64,000 nt of DNA from Eledone cirrhosa (taxonomy: Eukaryota): NCBI GenBank assembly GCA_964016885.1, contig OZ024741.1:98952001-99016000 (forward strand), given 5' to 3'. Position 1 is the first letter of the stretch, and the number at the start of each line of letters is the position of its first letter. The position numbers and the translations under genes were made by a program. The notes below the pieces were generated by a model. The model did no database searches. It was not told where the DNA came from and saw only the letters and a list, made by a program, of their open reading frames with translations. Positions 39,400-51,800 of the stretch are shown one piece after another.

Positions 39400-39724
39400 T
39401 AAAGAGTAACGACTCCTTCGGTCACGAATGACCATGTGATTTGCACTTAGAAAGTTCTGCTCAGAGGCATAGTTGTTTGTGGAAGACAAGCAGTTGCCCG
39501 AGCATACAAGTCTCTTCTATCCACGCCACAGATGTTCTTCAAGTGAAAGGCAATGCCCGATACAGATTGCAACCAGTGACGTCACAATTTATTTCTACAG
39601 TTGAGTGAACTGGAGCAACGTGAAATAAAGTGTCTTGCTCAAGGACACAACGCATCACCCAGTCCCAGGACTCAACTAACAACACCACGATTGAAGCCCA
39701 ACTCGCTAACCACTAAGCCATGCA

Positions 39725-39725
<1 letters not shown>
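39400..39725 (-). mobile_element. S2 SINE
   Basis: aagtgtcttgctcaaggacacaacg...ctaaccactaagcca is the reverse complement of the tRNA head plus core. Confidence 0.65.
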
Positions 39726-39808
<83 letters not shown>

Positions 39809-39826
39809 TATGTGTGTGTGTGCGTT

Positions 39827-39876
<50 letters not shown>

Positions 39877-40634
39877 AGCAAATAAAATACTCAATTTCTC
39901 GACGACCTTTTTGATAGCATCAAGTTTAGCAGTCATGTCCCATTGATAGTCTCATTCATATACTTATACTTTTAAACCATAATCACTATACATCAATTAA
40001 AGACATGACATTACACCCCTTTCTATAATCAGCACTCTACTTTACAAATTCTAGAGCTTAAAATAGTTGATGATATTTCAGCGCGACTTCACATCAATGA
40101 TATTCCTTACGTTAAGCTTCCTCTTTAAAGATACAAAACACTTCAGCTTTTGCTAGCCTATTGCAAGGCAATAGTTTGGCTCGCCCTAAAAGACTTCTCA
40201 TATATCTGCAAAGTAGTAGCTGGTACACTTATTTACAATTTAGATCTCATGTAAATAGTTTACATAATTTTAGCAAATCTTCACTTATCAACGTACAGCA
40301 ACCAATAACCCTAGGCATACTTTATTCTCTATTGTTACTAAAACCGTTCCTGGTGCTCTGAAATATAAACTACCAGCCACCTCTACCAATGCTTCGCCCT
40401 CGATGCACCCACCTCCCCTCCTATCACCATCCCTAATCAGTCTCACTGCTCCCTCAAATCTTGTACTGAACATGTCCTTCGTAGAGCTTATTCCCGCCAA
40501 TACATTTCTTATCGGTAGCAAGTTACACACCAAAACCTTGATATGAGCATGGGCTTTGATTAACTTCCTTGGAACTTGTTATAAAACAAAAACAGAGACA
40601 AATCTTAAGAATTATCGAAGCGTTGAATTACTTG

Positions 40635-40841
40635 AAATTTGAAAATGTGGGGACCCTAAACGCAGAAAATAACTGCAATAACAGTCGATCTCTATAAATA
40701 ATAGATAAGAGATTAGAGTAGCTTCTTGAGGCGGGAAAAAGTGTCCAGCAGCTATGCTGGTCTCTAGGGGTATTTTATTCGATTTTCTAAGATATCACAT
40801 CCAGTTATTTTCTGCGTTCAGAGTTTCTATATTTTCAAATT
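40635..40841. mobile_element. Old MITE-like inverted repeat
   Basis: gaaatttgaaaat...aacgcagaaaataactg / cagttattttctgcgtt...attttcaaatttc. Confidence 0.45.
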
Positions 40842-41639
40842 TCAAAAATACGACATTTAGCTTATTTCAAAAAGGTTACTCAAGAACAATCTTGAAAATA
40901 AATTAAAATCAACCCAAGAGAGTTACCAAAGTAATATACTTCAAACAAACTGTTTTCAACTAATTTAACTTTACATTAAATTTGGATTAAGATTCAATTT
41001 TATTTAAGACTGAATTTCAAATATAACTGGTTGTTTTCGACATGAAAGTTTTATTTTTCATCATCACTGGGAATTGAAATTGCGATTTTACGTAGGTGGA
41101 TAATTAGTTTCTTAAAAGATAAAAATCATTTTCGAGAACTTGGCGAGAAATCTCCATAATTGATAAAGATGGTAATTAAAGGGTTAATGGACAAACCAGA
41201 TTAATCGTTTAATAAATGAGAAACTCTATAAATTCGAAACCAGAAATAATTATTTTTAATCAAATGTTATTAATTTAAATTATTCGCTACTAAAGGAACT
41301 GATTAATTTCTGAATACGACTCAAGTAGAAAGCAAAATACAACACCACCACCACCACCAACAATAACAACAACAACAACAAAGACGACGACTTCGACAAC
41401 AACGACGACGACACCAACAACAACATAGTAATATTTTTTACATTAGTACAAGGCTGTGAGGAGTGTAGTTGATTGAATCTCAAAGGCATGAAAGTCAAAT
41501 TTAACAATCCCATAGGGATTTGAAGTCTGAATATGAAATCCTTTAACTGAATACAATAAAGTATTTTGTCTGGGATTTCTATTAATTTAATTTTACAAAA
41601 AGCAACAACAATAATAATGATGATGATAATGATGATTTC

Positions 41640-42520
41640 TTTATTAGCTACATGTGTTCACACACAACAATACAATAAACTTAAAAATCATGTGAACCTA
41701 GACGTAATAGACGGGTTCAAAAATTGTCTTCCAAATGTTTTTGTAGTACCATTTGATCGTCCATTATTGGTTCGTTTTCTATGCGAAGCACTATCAAAAC
41801 CATGCTTGTTTAGTTGGGTCGTAAACTGAACATTTCAGACAACGTTTTCTTAAGGTTTTTTTTTTTCTTTTAGGGCTTAATCTTTTCTTTTCTTTTTTTC
41901 CCTTTTTAAAAATTTCCTCCAAACCCCTCTTTTGAAGTTTGCCGTTCTGTATATTCCATGCTGCTAAGAAGGTGGCCGCGCGCATCACAAGTCATTCTGA
42001 GGCTGTGATGGAGATGGGTTATCCCATCGAAAATACAATCGGTGGTGCAACTGATGCTGTTAATGGAACTGTGACTGATGGTGCTCTTTTGACTGGGCCT
42101 CATATTCTCCGTTGATTTCCCTTGTTTACCGCATCTGTATCTTTTCAGAGCAACAAGTCCTCAAGATTTTCTTGCGAACAGCTATAAAAAGAGCTTTTTG
42201 TGCTGCATCTTCAATGTCACCTCTTTTGCTTTTTCTCCTTCGGCTAGAAGCAGCACCAGTCACATATCTCCTTTTGTCACCTCTGCATTGATCACACACC
42301 TATATACTACGATAGAAAGAAGCAATGGCCTCTCTGATTCTTTGGACCAAATATTAGGATAATAGGATAGGTGGTTACCTGACAATATCGGATTGTCTTT
42401 TCGCAGTGGCCCTGGTCGTAAATACCAGGCAGGCTGCTTTTTATATGTCACTGCGTTCGGTGGCGAGTATTTTACTCCACATGTCAATTAAAGTCTCTTC
42501 CAGCTGCTGTTTTGAGGGTA
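41640..42520 (-). mobile_element. Possible highly decayed L1/Tx1-like LINE 3' fragment
   Basis: End ttattagctaca resembles the Tx1 3' motif; coding-like remnants (YRCGK, FLAAWNI); weak. Confidence 0.3.
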
Positions 42521-43039
42521 AATGAGATACCCCCGCCAATATTTGCGATTCCCCGAAATATATATTTCCCCTTTGTCAATTATTTAATAGATTAAGTACT
42601 TAGGCAAGAACAGACAGTATGGTTTTACATAATTTTGACAGACCAGTTTTTATTTTTAACGTACTTCTTTTATCGCTTGACGTTGTTGGTAAAAATTAAA
42701 CCTTGTGCAATTTTCGAACTGGTGCAGATTTTAATTTAATTTTTATTAAATTTCTTCTTAAAATTCTTTGCAATACAATATAATCTTGTATATTTTTTGT
42801 GTAATCTGTGCGTGAATGTTTTGATTCTGATTTGTTTTTCCTTGTGAGGAAGAAGCATAGCTGGAGATTGTCGGAGATATTTTTTTGTATGTATACAAAT
42901 TATCAGGGTACACCTTCCAAATTCTCAAAAGCTCTTTGTATTTGAATAAGTTCGAAAGAAAAAAACACACAATCCAATAGTACGAGGTAAAAATCCTTCG
43001 CTTTGGGGAGTGACATGAAAAGACATCAGACTCGATCAG

Positions 43040-43151
43040 CAGTGACTACTACTACTTCTACTGCTGCTGTTGTTGCTGCTACCACCATCACTACTACTAC
43101 CACTACAACCACTACTACTGCTGTTACTAATATTGTTACTTATACTACTGT

Positions 43152-43186
<35 letters not shown>

Positions 43187-43236
43187 TCACTATTACTACT
43201 ACAACTACCACTACTACTACTAATAGTAATAATAAT
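43040..43236. repeat. (ACT)n/(AAT)n microsatellite
   Basis: Directly visible. Confidence 0.9.
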
Positions 43237-43237
43237 G

Positions 43238-43980
43238 TTTTTATTAGCCACAAGGGCTGACATATAGGGGACAATATAAAAGACAGGGACAGTGGGGGTT
43301 TTACATAAATACGGGTTATACGGGATGCCCTGCAACAGCTCCAACTTCCGCAGTAGAGGCTCCAGAGTCAATACGTACAGAAGGGGGAGGGGGAGAGAGG
43401 GAACCCTTGACGGACCGATCTTGAGTTCTGAAACGGTTCCGAAAGGTGGCCATTAACTTTGACCACCGAGCAGATGCCGCTGTGCATTGCAGCGATCCAG
43501 CTTCTGAAAACGAAACCGAAGCCAGATGCTTTCAGTACAGCCTCCAGGTATCGATGGTTGTCCATATCGAAAGCTTTCGATTGATCTAAATTGATCAGTG
43601 TTCCACCGAAGCCAGGTTTACACCCTACCCTCTCTATGATGTATTGTATGAGGTGGAGCTTGTTGTATATGGACCTGGTTCGGTTTACGCAAGTTTGTGC
43701 CTCCCCTGCCAAATCCTCGACGACATGCGCCAACCTTTTCGCTAACACCTTAGCCACCTAAGCTCTATGTTGAGCAGAGTTATGGGTGAAGTTATCTATC
43801 TCGTCTATCCTCATCAGCGTTACAACACCTGAGCGCTTCGAGGAGATCAGAGAACAAGTCTGGCATATCTATGTAAACATCCTATGGTGGATTATCCAAA
43901 CCGGGTGACTTGCGCCTCGTGCAGCCGACAAGGGCATCACAAATCTCGGGTGACGTTATCTGTCTTTTGCAGCGCTCAGC
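43238..43980 (-). mobile_element. Tx1/L1-clade LINE copy D: diverged, internally deleted, RT segment joined to the 3' end
   Basis: AKVLAKRLA...INLDQSKAFD...SVRQG; 3' motif ttattagccacaaggg. Confidence 0.85.
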
Positions 43981-44011
43981 ATCAGCTAGCGAGAGAAGAA
44001 GTTTATACATG

Positions 44012-44528
44012 TACTAGCCGAATTACCCCCACCTTGCTGCGTTTCACACTTTTTTTTTTTTTTTAAAGAAAATGATGATTGATTTTAAATCAATGTAAAA
44101 TGTAATGCATGAAAAATTGGAAAACATTATTTTTTGTAATATATCAAATCAAAATTACATTATTAAATCTTATTCCTATTTTGTTTCTTGTAAATAATTT
44201 TTTTCAAAATATCAATTCATAAGTTCCAATACTCAAGTTAGGGGCTTCCAAAATGTTCACTATAGGGGCTTTAACCCCCATTAGGGTGTCTTAATATGAT
44301 ATTATTGAAATTTGCTGAAATTTTGTGAATAGGCATTGTATCTTGTCATTTATCTATGGTTTAAATTCCATATGAATCGAAGGGAAAAGTTTTTCAGCGG
44401 GGGTTTGTGCCCCCGGTGAACCCTTTAATTAAAATGAAATATACTTATCCAAGTACCCTGGGCAATGTAGTTTCAGAATAGGAGTTCGTGAAACAAACAG
44501 ACAGGAACTACAACTTTATATATATAGG
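44012..44528 (-). mobile_element. Non-autonomous Helitron
   Basis: Starts tactagccgaattaccccc (CTAG end on the minus strand) and ends ...aactttatatatatag (5' end-like). Confidence 0.55.
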
Positions 44529-45229
44529 TATATATATGTATGTGTGTGTGTCTGTGTGTCTGTGTGTCTGTGTTTGCGTTTGTGTGGGTGAGTCTAAGTG
44601 GGTGTCTATGTGTGTGTGTGTCTGTTTGCGTTTGTGTGTACGTGCAATTTAGTGTTATATATGCATATGTATGGGTTAGTGAGCATGCGTTTGTGTGTAC
44701 CAGCGTATATGTGTGGGTGAGTGAGTGAATGTGTGTGTATATGTGCAAGTGTGCGCGTGTATTTGTATATGTGCTTGTGTTTGTGTGTGTTTGCGCGCGC
44801 GCGTGTGTTTATGCGTGTGTGAGTGCATGTGAGTGTGTGTGCGTGTGTGCGTGTGTGTATGAGTGTGTGTGGGGGGGGGCGTCAATATGTGTGAGTTTTA
44901 GCGAGCGCAAACCCACTGATATCTCCATATTATTAGATAAAGACCAACTATTTGAAGCTAGTTTATGGATGCTGTGTGAGAACAATGTTCAACATCAGGC
45001 GTTTAAACATGATACAAAATCAAACGCTGAGTTGTAATTAAGGTTTTCGAATCTTAGATAATTTTACAATTATTCATAGTTGCCTTTGCAGTTGGCTATT
45101 AATGTTGCCCTAGGTGAGAAGAAGAATCAAAGCGATATCTGTCTCTTGTGGTCATATCCTGTTATTCAACATACCTGAACTTGACGTCTAAATACGTACA
45201 TACACGATATATAGCTATATATAATCATT

Positions 45230-45272
45230 TATCTATCTATATATGTATGCATATATATGTGTGTATATATAT

Positions 45273-45351
<79 letters not shown>

Positions 45352-45376
45352 TACACATATATATATATATACACAC

Positions 45377-45411
<35 letters not shown>

Positions 45412-45519
45412 CGTGTGTATGTGTGTGTGTGTGTGTGTGTGCACATACATATATATGTCTCAATGCATACATATACATACATACATTATATATATATATG
45501 TTTATATAAATATATATAT

Positions 45520-45591
<72 letters not shown>

Positions 45592-45670
45592 TATATTATA
45601 ATATGCATACACATATATATATATATATATGCATACATATATAGATAGATAGATGATTATATATAGCTAT
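45230..45670. repeat. (TA)n/(CA)n compound microsatellite
   Basis: Directly visible. Confidence 0.95.
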
Positions 45671-46400
45671 ATATGTGTGTATGTGAGTGGGTGATATATA
45701 TGTGTGTCTGATGATCAGAGACAACAATGTATTTGTCAGTCATTCACTCAAACCGAGTGTCAGTCAATTAAAAACCAGGGATCATTTATGGCGATAAAGT
45801 CTTAAGAAAACCATTTTCTGTTACATCAATTCGTATCCGATTAGGTCAGTAATAACTTCTGGGGTGAAATTTAAATAGTCACCCAGAATAGATGTTTACC
45901 CTCTCAAGTTTGAAGAAGAAAGCTGACATTATTATCCAAATAGTTGCTATTATCTACGAAGATCGACATTGCATTTGTTGTACTATCTCTGAAGACGTGG
46001 CTACGATATTGGCTGTTTAATTGCATCTTACAAGAAAGGAATATTCAATATTTCTATGCATGCTAATATTATATTGAAACCAGCGAAATATGTGCATGAC
46101 CTCTGTTTGATAAGGTGATATCTATAAACTCTATATATTTATATGAGTGCCTGTGCATACGTGTGTGTATAAAAGAGAGCGTGTGTGTGCATCTATGTGC
46201 GTTTGCGTGTGTTTGTGTAACTAAAATCCATAAATCCAAACCATAGTTTTATGAAAGAGTACACAGTGTTTCTATAAATAGTCGCAGTGTCGAAAAGTGG
46301 GGCCTAGGCATTACAAATGTACACATACATTCTCTTATACAAGCGTGCGTGCATATATACACACCTATGTAAATAGATAGATAGATAGATAGATAGATAT

Positions 46401-48720
46401 GTTTCTTTATTAGCCACAGGGGCACAAAAGAAGGGGACAAATACAAAGGGGGAAGTTAACATACAATAAAAAACGTGTAAAATGTTATCACAAATGCAAT
46501 TTAAAAAGTTAGTCGATTTTCCCCAATAGGAGGAGACAGTTTATATGGGTAACACATACCCCCGAAAAAATGTGCAACCCTCATCTCCAGGGGTACGAAG
46601 AGTTTGTACTCCTTTCCTCTCCTCCTCCTTTTCCTCAACCTACAGGCTGATATAGAGAGAAGGCCCATTGACTCGGGCCATTCTCGCCACTTTCACCCAC
46701 CTTTCATAAAACTTGCTGGGGTACAGCACCTCTCTCTCCATCCTGATTCTTCTTCCAAAGTAGTATTTGAAAAAAAGAATCAGTTGTTGGCCGGAGAGAA
46801 AGGTGTCTGACCTCAGACCTTTCAACCTTGTCCACCATACAACCTCTTTCGCCATAGCTATCACACAAAGGAAAACCGCCTCTCCTTCGTTTTTGAAGGA
46901 GGGTGGCGGTTTGATCATGACAATGGACTCGGTGGTCAACCGGATTGGTCCCACCCGCGACAATAGTCGTTCTACATAGCCCCACAGGTCAGTGACGCCC
47001 GGGCACTGTATGAATGCGTGCGCGACGGTTTCTTCGTTACGCACGCACCTCGGACAGATCTTTTTTGCAGGGTCCCTGCCCGGGCGCCCATGTCTGTAGA
47101 GCTTGTCTCGAACTGGTAGAGCTCCTCGGTAGCACTGCCAGGCCAGGGACTTTTGGAAGTTGTCCATCGGTCCCGGGCGGAAGGTCCTACCGAACAGACT
47201 GGTGGTTGTATGTTTGTGGTAGTGTTTGCTGGTTTTTTGCTTTTGTGATGTCTTTTCTTTCTTTTCGAGCGATGGGGTTCCCCCTCGTCTTCACTGGGTG
47301 ATGGCGAGATAGCCTCATCTGTTGTATCGTCTGTGTGATTGGGGAGGGGTATGTCTTGGGGAGCTGTTGTGTCTGTATGTGATTTTGCAGTGGTTTTAGG
47401 TGGAGTGGGGTTGGGTGGGACTGTGTTTGTTGTGGTTATTTTTGTGTGTTGGTGTTGTTGTTGTTGTGGTGGTGTTGGTGGTTGTGTTGTTTTGATGGGT
47501 GTCGGCAGAAGAGCCTTTTTTTTACTCATTAATTTAGGACAGGAAGCCCTCAGGTGACCCCTGCTAAAGAAATGGTAACATGAAGGCCGCCTACCCTCAA
47601 CCGAAAAGTTTATGTAGGTGAGTCCGTCCAGGAGTACACGTTGTGGGATCATAGCTATTCGCTCTGGGCTCATTTGCACCAGAACTTCAATGCTAGTCCC
47701 ATTGAATACATCTCTGGTGGACTTTCCTACTGACAGTATTCTGTCTTCATCAAAATTGATGAAGCCGCACAGTATCCACCATATGTTCCCCTTTGGTGTG
47801 ACACTCGTGATTTTAATCTTTTGTGTCCTTTTTTCCATGTATGTAGGGAAAAAGGTATACAGGTTGGATACAATTGGCGACACAGTAATTTTGGGCCGTC
47901 AATTGATCCTTCATGAGTACCGAAATACTCCCAAAAAGTTTGCTTCTTTGAATGAATGCAATATCATTCATTGTATTTTTGAAAACCAGTTCAATTTCTT
48001 TCTGTGATAATTGGACTGGTTTTCGGGTAGAATTGGAAACTGTCCTAAAAACTATCGTTTTGAGAGCAGTTTCCTTGCGAATTTCTACCGGAGAATTGAT
48101 GCTGAAAGCACCATTTTTTTCGAAATTACATATCTCCTAGCGTCCTTTAAAAGTTGTTCGGCATTTGTTATGTCGAGATATGTCAGTTCCTCCTTTTTTT
48201 TAACTGTCTGTGCAAAGGAGATTTTTTTGGTTTCTTTGTGGAATTATCCGTGTTGGTGGTGTTGTCATTATTGTTGTTATTCTTGTTGTTATTCTTGTTG
48301 TCACTGATATTTATATTATTCGTATTTTCCTTGGTGTTGGTGTTGGTATTGTTGTTGTCTTTGATGCTGGTGTTATTGGTGTTGTCTTTATTTTTTTCTT
48401 TGTTGTTGTTGTCATTGTTGTTTTTATCATCATTATTGGTGTTGTTGTTGTTATTTTTGTTGTCATTGAACTGTTTGGTGTCATTTGTGTTGTTTGGATA
48501 TGAATTTGTTTTTACATTTTCATTTCGTCTTTCCATCTCCATAGTATCTAGGGAAGAAGACGATGTTGACTGCGAGCTATATAGTCTTACGGACTCTCCA
48601 CCACCATTATCGTTGAACGCAGCGTTCATAACGTAATCAAACTTCTTACGAGATATTTTCCAATATTCGATGGAGAAAAAATTTTCAAACGAATATTTCG
48701 CCCCTGTACACCCGTCTGGT
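46401..48720 (-). mobile_element. Tx1/L1-clade LINE copy E (subfamily 2): both ends present, ORF1 fused to the ORF2 C-terminus at ~47200, (GATA)n on both sides
   Basis: ORF 46640..47167 resembles copy A; ORF 46972..47883 is homologous to ORF1 (VEGRRPSCY...GHLRASCP); Asn-rich N-terminus 48183..48629. Confidence 0.9.
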
Positions 48721-48724
48721 AGAG

Positions 48725-48800
<76 letters not shown>

Positions 48801-51800
48801 TTCTATTTATTTGCCACGAGGGCACAAAAGAAGGGGACAAATACACAGGGGGGAGTTTATATAAATGCGAGTAAAGAAAAAAAGGAATAACAATAAAAAT
48901 AATATAATAATAAAAAGTCCTCAAAAGTCCTCAAAAGGGAGGGGGCGTGTTGGAGATTGCACATACCCCCGAAAAGTGTGCAACCCTTTTCCCAGAGAGG
49001 AGGCGCTCCCCCTTTCCTCTCACTTCTTCACCTACAGAACAATGTAGAGAGAAGGCCCATTTACACGAGCCATTCTCGCCTCTTTCACCCACCTTTCATA
49101 AAACTGTCTGGGGCCAAGCACTTCTCTCTGCATCCTGATCCTTCTTCTGAAGTGGTATCGGAAGAAGTAAACCAGGTGTTGGCCGGAGAGAAAGTCACCC
49201 GACCTCAGACCTTTCAGGCGCGTCCACCACACAACCTCTTCCATCATGGCTATTACGCACAGAAAGACCGCCTCTGCTTCATTTCTGAAGGGAGGAGGCG
49301 GCTTGATGTTCACCACGGACTCGGCGGCCAATCGAATCGGCGCCACACGCGACAGCAGTCGTTTGACGTAGCCCCACATATCGGCAACGTCCGGGCAGTG
49401 TACCAGTGCGTGCGCAACGGTTTCCTCGTTGCGCACGCATCTGGGACAGATCTTTTTCGCGGGATCCCTGCCCGGGCGCCCGTGTCTGTAGAGCTTTTCT
49501 CGAACGGACAGAGCCACCCGGTAGCACTGCCAGGCTAGGGACCTCTGGAAGTTGTCCATGGGTCCCGGGCCGAAAGTTCTACCGAACAGGCTGGCCAGTT
49601 CGTCCTCCTCCATGCCTAGCGACTCTCCAAGGGTGTCGTCGCCCCTGCTAGCCACCAGCCCTCTATAGAATGTCGAGGTGGATTCTCCACTGATAGTCGG
49701 GTCCGCTTTCCAAAGAGCCGTGAGCGCCTGGGCACACTCGGTGTGCCAGTTGCCCAGTTTTCTCGGTCTTTGCTTCACCCAGGATTGCAGCTCGGTGAGC
49801 GAGACGAGCTGTGGGAAGGCTCGCCTCACAAACGGGGCCCACACCGGCTGACCGGTGAGGAATACCTGTAGATGCCGTAGCCTCAATGCGTGCCTACGCA
49901 TCAACAGCCACGGCATACCCAGCCCTCCTTTCGAAGGGTGCTGGCAGCAGATGGATCTCCTCAACATGGGAGGCCGCTTCTTCCAGAGGAACTGGAAGAG
50001 CATGCGCTCCATGATGGTGAGCGTTTCCTTAGGGCAAGGCACGACGGTCAGGCGGTAGTAGATGACGGACGCTATGTAAGCGTTCGCCACCTCCGCCCGA
50101 CCTTTCAGTGATAGTTTGCACTTGGGCCACTTCTGGGTCAGCGCAAACACCCTGCTCGTCACCTCGCCCCAATTCTACTCCACCTGGAGGTCCGGTCGGT
50201 CCGTCCCAGACCTCGAGCAGCTTCACCGGGCCCTCCGTCCACCGTCCGACGACACCGTCTAACGGCATCGGTTTGCCCCTCCACGTTCCGAGTTGCAAAC
50301 CGACTGACTTGTCCCGGTTCAGCCTAGCCCCGTCAGCCTTTCGTATTCCTCCAGTAGGGTGGCGATCGCCCCGATTTCCGAGGCGTTCGCCACCATTACT
50401 GTTACGTCGTCGGCATAGGCCGAGACCGCTTTGTGCAATCCCGGTTCCAGGTGTATGCCCCGCAGCAACTCCAACTTCCGCAGAAGTGGCTCGAGAGCCA
50501 ATACGTACAGAAGGGAGGAGAGGGGGCACCCCTGCCTGATGCACCGGGTGATTTGAAACGGCTCCGAGAGGTAGCCGTTTACTTTAATCCTAGAGCAGAC
50601 GTTGCCACTGTGCATGGCAGAAATCCAGCCCCTGAAAACGGGTCCGAAGCCCGCCGCCGCTAGCACCGCATCCAGGTAACCATGGTAGACCCTATCGAAC
50701 GCCTTAGATTGATCCAAGTTGATCAGGGCCCCACCAAAGCCGGGTTCGTTCCCAACCCTCTCTACGATGTATCGCATGAGGTGGAGGTTGTCGTGAATGG
50801 ACCTGGACGGGATAGCGCATGTCTGCGCGTCTCCCACCAAGCCACCCACCACAAGCGCCAACCTCTTCGCTAACACCTTGGCCAAAATCTGTAACTCTGC
50901 ATTCAGCAGAGTTATGGGCCTAAAGTTACTTAAGTCGTCCCCCTTGCTCTCGTCCTTCCTCACTAGCGTTACTACGCCCTTGGTCACAGAACAGGGAATT
51001 CTCCCGTTCTGTTGCCAGTTGCAATAGACAGCCTCGAGGAGTTCGGAGAACAAGACCAGCATAGCTAAATAAAGTTCGTATGGTAGACCATCGAGACCCG
51101 GAGATTTGCGTCTGCTGCATTGGCTGAGCGCATCCTCGATTTCAGTGGCTGTGATTGGCCTTTCGCAGCACTCCGTTTCGCCGCTCGAAAGACGCGGTAG
51201 ACCGTCGAGGTATGGACCGAAGTCTACATCCCCGTTCGGCCCCCCGCCCCCTCCGAACAGTCGAGCAAAGTCCCTTTGAAAGGCCTCGCACATCCGCTCA
51301 GGTTCAAGGATCACCCGTCCATCCTGGTCTCGCAAAGACCGAATGGTGGATTTAATCCCACTCTTGGCTTCTGTCACCCGGGCCCAGCTAACAGCTTTGG
51401 TCCCCTCGTTTCCTAAAGCACGTATTTTACTTCGGACAACGCAGCCTTCGTGCTTCGCGTCAAAGAACTGGCTCAACGCCGTTCTCGACGCTAACACTCT
51501 GGCCACGTCTCCGCTCCTAATCGCCTCTTCTAGTTTATCTGTCAACTCCCTTTCCCTCCTATTTCTATTCGCCGCTAGTTCCTTACTGTAACCTATCGAA
51601 CTTACTCTAATCTCTCTCTTTAGAAATACCCACCACCTGCTGTTGACGATCGCTCCCGTCAATCGCATCTTAACTAAGCTACTAATCCGGTTCCGGTAAG
51701 CTTCCTTTGTCGACAAGGACAAGTTCATCTTCCAGTAACCGGGACCCTGTCTATGCGTTCTATCAAGGTTGACCACGCAGGTCACTAATTTGTGATCTGA

